Positions 20,101 to 28,695 of a stretch of 64,000 nucleotides of DNA are shown piece after piece. The notes below the pieces were generated by a model. The model was given only the letters and a program-made list of their open reading frames with translations. It had not been told where the DNA came from and searched no databases. Each line of letters opens with the position of its first letter. Within the stretch, counting starts at the first letter, position 1. The stretch comes from an uncultured Flavobacteriales bacterium (lineage in GTDB: Bacteria > Bacteroidota > Bacteroidia > AKYH767-A > 2013-40CM-41-45), in assembly GCA_964595205.1 (NCBI GenBank), contig CAZQOQ010000015.1:281765-345764 (forward strand), read 5' to 3'. Made by a program: the position numbers and the translations under genes.

Positions 20101-20313
20101 CTTAGCTACAAATTCAATATTAAGAACCCTAAATCTTTTATCCAGGGACTTGAATTATCAGCTACAGGAAGAAATCTCTGGTTGTCTACTGACTATCCAG
20201 GAGTGGATCCTGAAACAAGCTTAACCGGTGCTGGCTCAAATGTCGGCGGTTTTGATTATTTCAATATGCCTAGTACAAAATCATACATCTTTAGCCTAAG
20301 GGCAAGTTTCTAA
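17131..20313 (+). CDS. SusC/RagA-family TonB-dependent outer-membrane transporter
   Basis: 1060 aa. Signal peptide, N-terminal carboxypeptidase-regulatory-like domain (ISGKVISAKDNLGIPGVSVVVAGTTVGTVTDIDGNYTL), TonB plug, 22-strand barrel ending in ...SLRASF. Followed by a SusD gene. Confidence 0.9.
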   Translation: MRKAFTLFAFLFALLCTQIYAQERSISGKVISAKDNLGIPGVSVVVAGTTVGTVTDIDGNYTLKLPADAKTIKFSSVGMKTQNIELGANNVMDVTMEDDALKLDEVQVTALGISREAKSIGYSTQQVEGAALKRSGEVNIVEGLGAKAAGVQVIGSGGTPGASSKIIIRGNSTFTGDNQPLIVIDGVPIDNSTNGSVAGDYPFNAGLNGVNNSNRAVDINPDDIESVNVLKGPAAASLYGGRGGKGAIIITTKKGKPVSGRPVAVTFSSSYEAAQVSRLPELQETYAQGAGGGGLVTNGVQAPATYIVGDPGPDYVYGTADDVSDGTSGSWGPTISSLGLTAHDHMDEYFETGNTFVNDLSVSGGTEKTSMRLSIGNTNQTGVVPNTDLKRTSVRLTADTKISEKISISGTANYILTTGTKAQNGSNLSGVMLTLTRAPASYDLKGTGDAGYLYPNGLQSQYFSAYDNPYWSAYNNPFSDDINRFLGNFAVTYTPLDFLTFTYRLGTDVYTDHRKQVFAVGAHDTPEPTGEIWENDQRNREIYHDLFATLNHRFNDDIIGNLTLGGNLNERDYDDLFSRGRDLGVPNFYSLSNATNLYASQSSQVIRTSAFFFTADASYKSLVYLNVTGRNEWSSTYGTNVSSVFYPSASGSFVFTELLKENKVLSFGKVRLSYAQSGIAPPPYSSKTYYLTPIFTDGFTDGVSFPYLGQNGFGNTDLNILGNPDLTPEILTGTEVGADLRFLNGRINLDVTYYNQKTTDILVTRPIPASSGYHYVYQNAGEMVNKGWEIRLSGDAVKLKDFNWNIEINWSRNKNEVLALAEGVDQIDLESAFESIGSFAIVGEPYGVFYATKWKRSPDGQIIVGSNGRPIVDDLKGNVGNPYPDWMAGIGNTFTYKNFSLYALLDIREGGDLWNGTIARLHRLGRTEESADRSHNYIVPGVVQNPDGTFSPNTTEISAFDYYNRYLGDNGAATEQAIYDGSWVRLREVTLSYKFNIKNPKSFIQGLELSATGRNLWLSTDYPGVDPETSLTGAGSNVGGFDYFNMPSTKSYIFSLRASF

Positions 20314-20351
20314 ATATTGTTAAGGTGAATTTGTAAAAAAATTAAAATCCT

Positions 20352-21737
20352 ATGAAAAAAATAACCATCATAATTATATCAGCCGTATTTCTTGTAACGA
20401 GTGGTTGTAAGAAATATACAGAAGGGTATGATACATCACCCAATCAACCCGCCGAAGTAACAGCCCCATTGCTTTTATCTCATTGTGAGTTGGCAGTAAT
20501 GGTTCACTACACCGGACAATTGTCAAGAATACCTTCTATTCTTGTGCAACAAAGTGCAGGTACCGACTTTCAGTTTGTCGATATTGCAAATTACCTGATC
20601 CAGGAAGGCGATAATATCAACGAATGGAATTCTATTTATGCTTCCGGATTGTCATCCGATAAAACACTAATAGAACTTGCGGGAGATGTAAATCCGCATT
20701 ACCGCGGAATTGCTAAAGTACTAAGGGCTTTGGAATTGGGATTAGCTACAGATATCTGGGGTGATATTCCAAATTCTGAAGCTTTGAAGGCTGCGGAAGG
20801 TGAATCACACTATCATCCGCATTTTGATCCTCAGCAAAGTGTTATTGCTGATATTCAAGCAACATTATCCAGTGCAATTGCGGATCTGGACGCATCCAAA
20901 TCGAATTTAATTTATCCTGCTGGCGACGATTTCATTCATGGAGGAGATGCTAGTATGTGGATTAAAACTGCCTGGATGTTAAAGGCTCGTTACGCAAACC
21001 GTCTTAGTAAAAGGGATCCGTCAGGTTCTGCAACTGAAGCACTCAGCTATATTGCCTCCTCAGGAGTAACAAGTAGCGCAGATGATGCGAATTCAGTTTT
21101 TGGAACAAATGGTAATGAACTTAATCAATGGTATTCATTTAATAATACCCGTGTAAATTACATGAAGATGGGTAAATTTTTTATCGAGCTCTTAAAAACA
21201 ACCGGTGATCCTCGCCTGCCTTTCTTTGCATCAACTGATGATGATGGCGGTTATTCCGGTACCGCTCCTGATTCAATTAATACGAATACATCAAATCTTG
21301 GTGCTTATTATGGATCCGAAGATTCTCCAATGCCTTTAATTACTTATGCTGAAATGAAATTTATTGAAGCTGAAGCTAATTTCAGGTTAGGTAATCTGCA
21401 ACCGGCTGCTGACGCCCATAACGCTGCTGTAATTGCTTCAGTAGAAAAAGTGACCGGAGCTACAATTGATCCTGTGTTTTTAGCAGCACAGGCTTCTGAA
21501 ACAAGTGCAACCATTACGTTGGATAAGATTATGACCCAGAAATATATTGCTTTATTTACGCAGCCTGAAGTCTGGTCTGATTGGAGAAGAACCGGTTTGC
21601 CGGTATTGTCACCAAATCCAAATGCCGTAGTCAATGGTATTCCTAGAAGATTAGTAACGCCATTTGATGAGCGTATAAATAATCCTAATGCTACGGTAAT
21701 TTCAGATATTTTATTACCTGTATGGTGGGATCAATAA
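20352..21737 (+). CDS. SusD/RagB-family nutrient-binding outer-membrane lipoprotein
   Basis: Lipoprotein signal (MKKITIIIISAVFLVTSGC). 461 aa helical TPR-like SusD architecture. Immediately downstream of SusC. Confidence 0.85.
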   Translation: MKKITIIIISAVFLVTSGCKKYTEGYDTSPNQPAEVTAPLLLSHCELAVMVHYTGQLSRIPSILVQQSAGTDFQFVDIANYLIQEGDNINEWNSIYASGLSSDKTLIELAGDVNPHYRGIAKVLRALELGLATDIWGDIPNSEALKAAEGESHYHPHFDPQQSVIADIQATLSSAIADLDASKSNLIYPAGDDFIHGGDASMWIKTAWMLKARYANRLSKRDPSGSATEALSYIASSGVTSSADDANSVFGTNGNELNQWYSFNNTRVNYMKMGKFFIELLKTTGDPRLPFFASTDDDGGYSGTAPDSINTNTSNLGAYYGSEDSPMPLITYAEMKFIEAEANFRLGNLQPAADAHNAAVIASVEKVTGATIDPVFLAAQASETSATITLDKIMTQKYIALFTQPEVWSDWRRTGLPVLSPNPNAVVNGIPRRLVTPFDERINNPNATVISDILLPVWWDQ

Positions 21738-21759
21738 TCGACTTTAATTAGCTCAATAA

Positions 21760-21793
21760 AAAAAAGATCGTCTCTATAAGGCGATCTTTTTTA
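21760..21793. terminator. bidirectional rho-independent terminator (A-run, AAGATCG stem, loop, CGATCTT, T-run)
   Basis: Hairpin plus flanking A6/T6 runs between the convergent susD (+) and pcm (-). Confidence 0.55.
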
Positions 21794-21889
21794 TTGAAAT
21801 GTATTTGAGATTTTTTTTAATTAACTTATAAACGAATTATAAAATTAACTAATTACATTTTTCAATTTTCAATCTGCATTTTTCAATAT

Positions 21890-22558
21890 TCACTTCCCCC
21901 ACTCCCGGTTTTCAAGCATCGGAACAAAGCGGAATTCCTTTAGTTCTTCCTTTTCAATTTCTGTGTCTGATATCTTTCTGATCAATGTCATGATCTGCAC
22001 ATCTCCACGGCCAACCGGAATAACCATCCTCCCTCCCGTCTTCAGCTGATTTATGAGCTCTTCAGGTATGAAAGGCGCTCCGCAGGTGACGAGAATCTTA
22101 TCATACGGCGCATAGGCAGGAATGCCTTTATAGCCATCTCCGTAAAACATCTTTGGAACGTAACCCATCAGAGGCAATTTTTTTTGTGCGATGTCAAATA
22201 ACTCTTTCTGTCTCTCAATGGTGAATACTTTCGCGCCCATTTCCAGCAGTATACAGGTCTGGTAACCGCTTCCTGTTCCTATCTCCAGGATCTTATCTCC
22301 CTTCTTAATATCCAAAAGTGATGTCTGATATGCCACGGTATATGGCTGAGAAATTGTCTGCCCCGCACCTATCTGAAATGCATGATCAGAATAAGCCTGA
22401 TTGAGGAAAGCCTGGTCGAAGAAAAAATGGCGGGGAACTCTCATCATCGCAGATAGCACCGCTTCGTCACTGATGCCCTTAGACTTAATTCCGTCCAGCA
22501 GCTTTTTACGCATACCCTGATGCTTGAAATTATCCTCCGGTAAATTCACTGGTTTCAT
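21890..22558 (-). CDS. pcm: protein-L-isoaspartate O-methyltransferase (the ORF track extends to 22660; likely start is the ATG at 22558 or 22513)
   Basis: 'GAGQTISQPYTVAYQTSLLD', SAM motif 'ILEIGTGSGYQT', 'VTCGAPFIPEELINQL'. Alignable with E. coli Pcm from 'LLDGIKSKGI'. Confidence 0.85.
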   Translation of the reverse strand: MKPVNLPEDNFKHQGMRKKLLDGIKSKGISDEAVLSAMMRVPRHFFFDQAFLNQAYSDHAFQIGAGQTISQPYTVAYQTSLLDIKKGDKILEIGTGSGYQTCILLEMGAKVFTIERQKELFDIAQKKLPLMGYVPKMFYGDGYKGIPAYAPYDKILVTCGAPFIPEELINQLKTGGRMVIPVGRGDVQIMTLIRKISDTEIEKEELKEFRFVPMLENREWGK

Positions 22559-22802
22559 ATGATCTGGAAATACTGTTGAAATTAGTTTGTGATTGAATAG
22601 TTGGTAAAGAAACCATGACTTTTCTACAGATTCACTTTTTACTATTATAAATATCAACAAAAAACAGGTAAAAATAAAGGCGTTATACCGGCTAAAGGGT
22701 TTTCTGCCTTGTCATCACTCAAAATGATATGCAGGTGACACTCATTTCCCCAATATTCCCGATATTTTACTAATTTCGCGCGAGCACAGAAAAATCCTTA
22801 AG

Positions 22803-23789
22803 ATGTTGAAAATAGGAGTAATTGGAGCGGGACATTTGGGAAAAATACATCTCCGCCTTTTAAAGGAAATTGATTCTGCACGGCTCATCGGCTTTTACGA
22901 TCACGACATTGTTAAAGCGAAACAGGTTGAAGCTGAATATGGTATTCGCAGCTACGACAATGTAGATGCCCTCATCGACGATGCTGATGCCATCGACATC
23001 GTGACGCCCACCCTCTCACATTACGAATATGCTGTGAAGGTTGTAAGAAAATCCAGGCCCGTTTTTATCGAAAAGCCGGTTACTCACACCGTTGCCGAAG
23101 GGAAAAAACTTCTCTCGCTTATTTCCGAGGCAGGTGTTAAAGGCCAGGTCGGACATGTGGAACGTTTCAACCCGGCTTTCCTGGCTGCCCGCAATTTTCT
23201 GAATCAGCCTCTCTTTATCGAGACTCACAGGTTGGCCGAGTTTAACCCTCGCGGGACCGATGTACCGGTTGTTTTTGATCTGATGATTCACGACATCGAC
23301 ATCGTTTTGAGCGTTGTAAAATCAACCATTAAAAGAATCCATGCAAGCGGCGTCGCTGTCGTAAGTGACACTCCGGACATAGCAAATGCCAGGATCGAAT
23401 TCGATAATGGATGCGTTGCAAACCTTACAGCCAGCCGCATTTCACTGAAGAGCATGCGAAAGAGCAGGTTCTTTCAGCGCGATGCATACATCTCGGTGGA
23501 TTTCCTAAAGAAAAAAACAGAGGTTGTAAGGCTTAAGAACCTTGAAGGTGCTGCCGGTCCGCTGGATATAACTATCGACCTTGGAAACGACAAGGGATCG
23601 AAGATCATATATTTTGATCAGCCAAAAATTGAAGAGAGTAATGCGATTAAGACTGAACTGGAACAATTCATCGAAGCCATAGAAAAAGATCTTATACCTC
23701 CTGTTACGGTCGAGGAAGGTTTGCAGGCTTTGGTAGTTGCACACCAGATCATGGATAAGATAAACGTGTCATTAAATGTATTAGCCTGA
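22803..23789 (+). CDS. Gfo/Idh/MocA-family NAD(P)-dependent oxidoreductase
   Basis: N-terminal Rossmann 'MLKIGVIGAGHLGKIHL' and 'EKP' motif (FIEKPVTHTV). Confidence 0.8.
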   Translation: MLKIGVIGAGHLGKIHLRLLKEIDSARLIGFYDHDIVKAKQVEAEYGIRSYDNVDALIDDADAIDIVTPTLSHYEYAVKVVRKSRPVFIEKPVTHTVAEGKKLLSLISEAGVKGQVGHVERFNPAFLAARNFLNQPLFIETHRLAEFNPRGTDVPVVFDLMIHDIDIVLSVVKSTIKRIHASGVAVVSDTPDIANARIEFDNGCVANLTASRISLKSMRKSRFFQRDAYISVDFLKKKTEVVRLKNLEGAAGPLDITIDLGNDKGSKIIYFDQPKIEESNAIKTELEQFIEAIEKDLIPPVTVEEGLQALVVAHQIMDKINVSLNVLA

Positions 23790-24655
23790 TGATTTTCAAA
23801 AAGGGTTTTTACAATTCCGTTCTGCTGTTTTCTGTTATGTGTATTGCATTTTCGTGTTCTGTGTTTGAACCTTCTTCGCCGATTGCATCTTACATACACA
23901 TCGACAGTTTTTTGGTACAGACAACCTATGCGACGCAGGGAAGTAATTCCAGCAGGATTGTGGATGTGTGGGTCAATTACGACAATGAATACCTGGGGAC
24001 ATTCCCTTTGCCTGCAGACATACCGTTGATTGGCGATGGGGTTCATAACATTAAGGTTAAGGCCGGTATACTGGAAAACGGAATTTCAGGATCGAGATCT
24101 GCTTATGTGAAGTACACGACCTTCGACACGACGTTTACGCTTTCAACCACCAATAAAACGACATTCGTTCCAACGGTAACCTACGGCGGGGCAATTATTT
24201 TTCCCCAGATCGAGGACTTCGATGATGCAAGTCTTTCGCTGGTCACAACCACTTCGGGCAATGTGCCGTTGGTAATAACGTCGGGTTCGGATACGAATTC
24301 ATTTGAGGGAAATTCCGGTGTAGCAATCCTCGACGAGAACCACACCGTATTTGAGGTCGCCTCCTCTGCCCCATTTGCCTTGCCTCTGAGTGTTCCTTCC
24401 TATGTTGAACTTAACTACAAGGGTGACCAGGATTTTGAGGTGGGAGTATTTATTACTTCTTCAGGTGGCATCGTGAAATCTTCCCTTCTGTCAGTGCGGG
24501 CATCTGAAATATGGAAGAAAATTTATATCAACCTCAGCAATCTTGGTGGGGTCGTAACCGACGGCATCAACTACAAGATCTACCTGCGTGCAGTCAAAGC
24601 ATTGAACCTTACAAGTCCGAAGATATATTTTGACAATCTGAAAGTGGTATATTAG
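23789..24655 (+). CDS. hypothetical lipoprotein (signal peptide with lipobox ...AFSCS), Thr/Ser-rich beta protein
   Basis: N-terminal signal sequence and conserved Cys. No recognisable motif. Stop/start junctions link it to the upstream oxidoreductase and the downstream sugar transferase. Confidence 0.45.
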   Translation: MIFKKGFYNSVLLFSVMCIAFSCSVFEPSSPIASYIHIDSFLVQTTYATQGSNSSRIVDVWVNYDNEYLGTFPLPADIPLIGDGVHNIKVKAGILENGISGSRSAYVKYTTFDTTFTLSTTNKTTFVPTVTYGGAIIFPQIEDFDDASLSLVTTTSGNVPLVITSGSDTNSFEGNSGVAILDENHTVFEVASSAPFALPLSVPSYVELNYKGDQDFEVGVFITSSGGIVKSSLLSVRASEIWKKIYINLSNLGGVVTDGINYKIYLRAVKALNLTSPKIYFDNLKVVY

Positions 24656-24656
24656 A

Positions 24657-26069
24657 ATGACGAAACAATTACATACACTCAGGTTTATTGTTGCTGACTG
24701 GTTCGCGGCCGTCCTTGCGTGGGGATTGTTTTTCATTTACAGGAAGGAGTACATTGAACTCAGCGATCTTTCGGTGAGCGAGATCCTGAGCGACAAAAAA
24801 TTTATCTGGGGCATCATTGTAATTCCATTGTGCTGGGTTGCAGCATATGCTTTATTTGGGACCTACCAGAATGTTTACAGGAAGAGCCGGCTAAAGGAAT
24901 TCGGGCAGACGTTTTACATTTCGATCATTGGAGTATTGATCATTTTCTTTTCCCTGCTGCTGGATGATGCAGTGATTTCATACAAGACATACTACCACAC
25001 TTTTTTTACGCTTCTGTTTTTGCATTTTTTAATTACCGCGCTGTTCAGGTTTTTCCTCAGCACGAATATCATCAACAAGATCCGGAAAAGGATCATTCGG
25101 TTCAATACGGTGATTATCGGCAGTAATACGAATGCCGTGCAGTTGCTGCACCAGATGGAAAAAGAATTCCATGCAGAGGGAAATTCGTTCGTTGGATTTG
25201 TTCATGTGGATGGTAATAACGATCACCTGTTGTCACGGCACATGGCAAACCTTGGAGGCATTAAAAACCTGCGGGAGATCATCACCACACACAATGTGGA
25301 AGAAGCGATCATTGCGCTGGAGTCGTCAGAGCATTTATCAATCGGCAAGGTCATCAATGAACTGGAAGATTTGCCGGTGCTGATCAAGATTATTCCGGAC
25401 ATGTACGACATTCTATCGGGTTCGGTGAAGATGAATGCGATCTTCGGCGCTCCGCTCATCGAGATTTCGCCGAAACTGATGCCTGTGTGGCAGCGGTCCG
25501 TGAAGCGTTTGCTGGATATTTTCATTTCGATATTCGTGATGCTGCTGTTGTCGCCTTTGTATATTTTCGCATCGCTGGGTGTGAGATTTTCGTCGCGCGG
25601 ACCATTATTGTACAGCCATGAGCGGATCGGGCTGCACGGACAACCGTTTCGCATCTATAAATTCCGTTCGATGGTTGCCGATGCCGAAAAACATGGCCCG
25701 CAGTTGTCGAGCCAGCATGATCAGCGTGTGACAAAATTCGGGCGTTGGATGAGGAAGATTCGTCTTGATGAAATCCCCCAGTTTTACAATGTGCTGAAAG
25801 GAGACATGTCGATTGTGGGTCCGCGCCCGGAGCGTCAGTATTTCATCGACCAGATCATGGAATATGCGCCTCACTACAGACATTTGCACAAGGTGCGGCC
25901 CGGCATTACATCATGGGGGCAGGTGAAATTCGGCTATGCGGAAAACGTAAAGCAGATGGTAGAGCGGTTGAAATACGATTTGATTTATATTGAAAACATG
26001 TCGCTGGCTCTCGACTTTAAAATTATGATCTATACCCTGATGATAATTTTAAAACGAAAAGGGAAGTAA
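24657..26069 (+). CDS. polyprenyl-phosphate sugar phosphotransferase (WbaP/EpsL-type 'bacterial sugar transferase', polysaccharide biosynthesis priming enzyme)
   Basis: 4-5 N-terminal TM helices, a CoA-binding-like middle domain, and the C-terminal catalytic domain 'RLLDIFISIFVMLLLSPLYIFASLGVRFSSRGPLLYSHERIGLHGQPFRIYKFRSMVADAE...DEIPQFYNVLKGDMSIVGPRPER'. Confidence 0.85.
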   Translation: MTKQLHTLRFIVADWFAAVLAWGLFFIYRKEYIELSDLSVSEILSDKKFIWGIIVIPLCWVAAYALFGTYQNVYRKSRLKEFGQTFYISIIGVLIIFFSLLLDDAVISYKTYYHTFFTLLFLHFLITALFRFFLSTNIINKIRKRIIRFNTVIIGSNTNAVQLLHQMEKEFHAEGNSFVGFVHVDGNNDHLLSRHMANLGGIKNLREIITTHNVEEAIIALESSEHLSIGKVINELEDLPVLIKIIPDMYDILSGSVKMNAIFGAPLIEISPKLMPVWQRSVKRLLDIFISIFVMLLLSPLYIFASLGVRFSSRGPLLYSHERIGLHGQPFRIYKFRSMVADAEKHGPQLSSQHDQRVTKFGRWMRKIRLDEIPQFYNVLKGDMSIVGPRPERQYFIDQIMEYAPHYRHLHKVRPGITSWGQVKFGYAENVKQMVERLKYDLIYIENMSLALDFKIMIYTLMIILKRKGK

Positions 26070-26122
26070 ACAAAAAAACAAAAAAACATAAAAAACATTC
26101 TTTAACACCAAACGCCAAACGA

Positions 26123-27022
26123 ATGATGAAGATATCAGTCATAGGAGCCGGAACCATGGGAAATGGGATCGCCCACGTTTTTGCACAGAATGGTTTTTCC
26201 GTTAACCTTATCGATGTATCGCAGGAGGCGTTGAAGCGTGGAATGGAAACGATTTCGAAAAATCTCGACAGGATGGTTGCGAAGGAAAAGATCACGGCCG
26301 CCGAGAAGGATCAGACGATGATGAATATTAAATCCTTTACAGTGATGGCTGATGGCGTTAGCGGTTCAGACCTCGTCATTGAGGCTGCTACGGAAAATAC
26401 GGAACTTAAGTGTAAAATATTCCGTGATCTCGACCAGCTTTGCAATGCAGATACGATTCTTGCCACCAATACATCCTCTATTTCGATAACGAAAATCGCA
26501 GCCCAGACCAGGCGGGCAGATAAGGTAATTGGAATGCATTTCATGAATCCGGTTCCGGTGATGAGGCTGGTTGAGGTGATCAGGGGATATTCGACATCGG
26601 ACGAGGTTACGAAATTGATTTTGGATCTGTCCAGGAAGCTGGGCAAGATACCTGTGGAGGTAAATGATTTTCCGGGATTCATCGCAAACAGGATTTTAAT
26701 GCCGATGATCAACGAGGCGATTTATTCGCTTTACGAAGGCGTTGCCGGTGTGGAAGAGATTGACACGGTGATGAAATTGGGTATGGCTCACCCGATGGGC
26801 CCTTTGCAGCTTGCTGATTTCATAGGACTGGATGTATGTCTTTCGATATTGAGAGTCCTTTACGATGGATTTGGAAATCCGAAATATGCACCCTGCCCGT
26901 TGCTTGTAAATATGGTTACAGCAGGAAATCTCGGGGTAAAATCCGGTGAAGGTTTTTACCAGTATAAAAACGGGAATAAGGAATTGGTTGTTGCATCGAA
27001 GTTTATGGCGAGCGCTGTTTAA
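26123..27022 (+). CDS. hbd: 3-hydroxyacyl-CoA / 3-hydroxybutyryl-CoA dehydrogenase
   Basis: 'MKISVIGAGTMGNGIAHV' NAD-binding, 'MHFMNPVPVMRLVEVIRG', 'GFIANRILMPMINEA'. Confidence 0.85.
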   Translation: MMKISVIGAGTMGNGIAHVFAQNGFSVNLIDVSQEALKRGMETISKNLDRMVAKEKITAAEKDQTMMNIKSFTVMADGVSGSDLVIEAATENTELKCKIFRDLDQLCNADTILATNTSSISITKIAAQTRRADKVIGMHFMNPVPVMRLVEVIRGYSTSDEVTKLILDLSRKLGKIPVEVNDFPGFIANRILMPMINEAIYSLYEGVAGVEEIDTVMKLGMAHPMGPLQLADFIGLDVCLSILRVLYDGFGNPKYAPCPLLVNMVTAGNLGVKSGEGFYQYKNGNKELVVASKFMASAV

Positions 27023-27044
27023 CATTATCTTTTGAGAATCGATT

Positions 27045-27482
27045 ATGATTCACGATGAAAATTTCCGTCATTCCACCCGTGTTCAAATACGTTTCAACGA
27101 CATGGACGCATTTGGTCATATCAACAATGCAACTTTTCTCACATATCTTGAAGAAGCGCGGATAAAATTTTTAGATGAAATCATTCGCTGGGACTATGAG
27201 AAATCGAAAAATGCAATCATCATGGCACGCGCTGAAATCGATTTCAGGGTGCCGGGACATTTTAAAGACGACGTGGAAATACTGACGCATTGTTCACACA
27301 TCGGGACAAAGAGTTTCACTCTGGAGTATGAAGTTGTAAAGAATGATCCCGGAGGCAGAATCACCCTGGCAACGGGAAAGACCGTTGTCGTGATGTTTAA
27401 TTATGAGAAGAACGAGAGTATTCCGGTGCCTGATGACTGGAGGCGTGCTTTGAGCACAGGGATGAACGCCGGAAAGCAATAA
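27045..27482 (+). CDS. acyl-CoA thioesterase, hotdog fold (4HBT family)
   Basis: 145 aa, 'RFNDMDAFGHINNATFLTYLEEAR' matches the YbgC/4HBT-type N-terminal motif. Confidence 0.7.
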   Translation: MIHDENFRHSTRVQIRFNDMDAFGHINNATFLTYLEEARIKFLDEIIRWDYEKSKNAIIMARAEIDFRVPGHFKDDVEILTHCSHIGTKSFTLEYEVVKNDPGGRITLATGKTVVVMFNYEKNESIPVPDDWRRALSTGMNAGKQ

Positions 27483-27509
27483 TTGTAATTTCAGATCCGC
27501 CTCTGCAAA

Positions 27510-28091
27510 TTACCCATGGATCGTTTCTTTATTCCCGTATTTTTTGATGATGTCGTTTTCGTATTCGAGGAACTCCTGCCATCGCTTATCTACATCAATA
27601 CCGTTTGAATATTTTCTGGCCAGCCTGATGAACATAGTATAATGATTGGCCTCGCTTACCATGAGGTTACGATAGAAATCCCTCAGAGTCGCATCGCTGA
27701 TGTTTTCGGAAAGGACCTTAAACCGTTCGCAGCTGCGGGCTTCCACAAGTGCGGAGAAGAGCAGCTTGTCGACTAAAACATAATGGCGTTGATGGCCTTT
27801 GCGAATGAAATTATTCAATTCGAAAACATATTCATCGCGTCTTTCGCGTCCCAATTCATATCCTCTTTCCCTGATTTTTTCAAAGACCTGTTGAAAGTGT
27901 TCGAGTTCTTCTTTGGCCAGGTCGAGCATCGATTCAACGAGGTCGGTGCATTCGGGGAAATGGACAATCAGGTTAATGGCGTTGGTGGCCGCCTTTTGTT
28001 CACAATAGGCATGATCGGTAAGAATCTCCTGTATATTTTTTTCGACAATATTAACCCAGCGAGGGTCAGTAGGTAACTTTAATCCAAGCAT
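27510..28091 (-). CDS. miaE: tRNA-(ms2io6A37)-hydroxylase MiaE (ferritin-like diiron). The ORF track extends to 28157; the ATG at 28091 (MLGLKLPTDPRW) is more plausible
   Basis: 'HAYCEQKAATNAINLI', 'LDLAKEELEHFQQVFE', 'LVEARSCERFKVL' correspond to Salmonella MiaE diiron-ligand helices (IEARSCERF). Confidence 0.7.
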   Translation of the reverse strand: MLGLKLPTDPRWVNIVEKNIQEILTDHAYCEQKAATNAINLIVHFPECTDLVESMLDLAKEELEHFQQVFEKIRERGYELGRERRDEYVFELNNFIRKGHQRHYVLVDKLLFSALVEARSCERFKVLSENISDATLRDFYRNLMVSEANHYTMFIRLARKYSNGIDVDKRWQEFLEYENDIIKKYGNKETIHG

Positions 28092-28201
28092 ATATTTAAA
28101 TAGGAAAAAGGGATGTACAAGATAATAATAAAATGTAAGAATGTAAATAATCTTCACATGATGGAAAGAAACATTTTGAATCGTACATTTGTATTACAGT
28201 T

Positions 28202-28678
28202 ATGGCACCCTTAGTATTTTATGGCGATAAACTTAGCATCAAGGTTACTCGCGAGTTCAGGCAACTCGTGAATATCTCTATTGCGGCCGGGAAGTTCATA
28301 TTAATTCATCCTCATTATGAATTGATTAAAGAAGCCATGCGTCTTGATATGTTTGCCGATGATATGCTGGAAGATTTTGAGGTTCATAACTGGCAGTATG
28401 AAATCGGAGAGGTAATAACTTATGATTTCGAAGAATTACTCTTTTTCTATTCATTACTCGAGTTGAGCTGCAGGATCTTCCTTTGCAATATCGGTGATGA
28501 TTTGAAAGCCATGGCCATAGAAAGCGGAGAAACCAATGCCGAAGAGTTCGTGAGAGTGAGGAGCTTTTACCTGCGTCAGGCACAGGAATTTCTTATCAGG
28601 ATTCGTCAGTCGTTTAGCAACAATCCCGAGTTTATGGAACTCCAGGAAAAGATTGAGCAGTTGAACGTTCTCGCATAG
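28202..28678 (+). CDS. hypothetical protein (158 aa, acidic, helical)
   Basis: Clean ORF with no overlap. No recognisable motif. Confidence 0.35.
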   Translation: MAPLVFYGDKLSIKVTREFRQLVNISIAAGKFILIHPHYELIKEAMRLDMFADDMLEDFEVHNWQYEIGEVITYDFEELLFFYSLLELSCRIFLCNIGDDLKAMAIESGETNAEEFVRVRSFYLRQAQEFLIRIRQSFSNNPEFMELQEKIEQLNVLA

Positions 28679-28695
28679 AGAAAAAAATCACCTTT

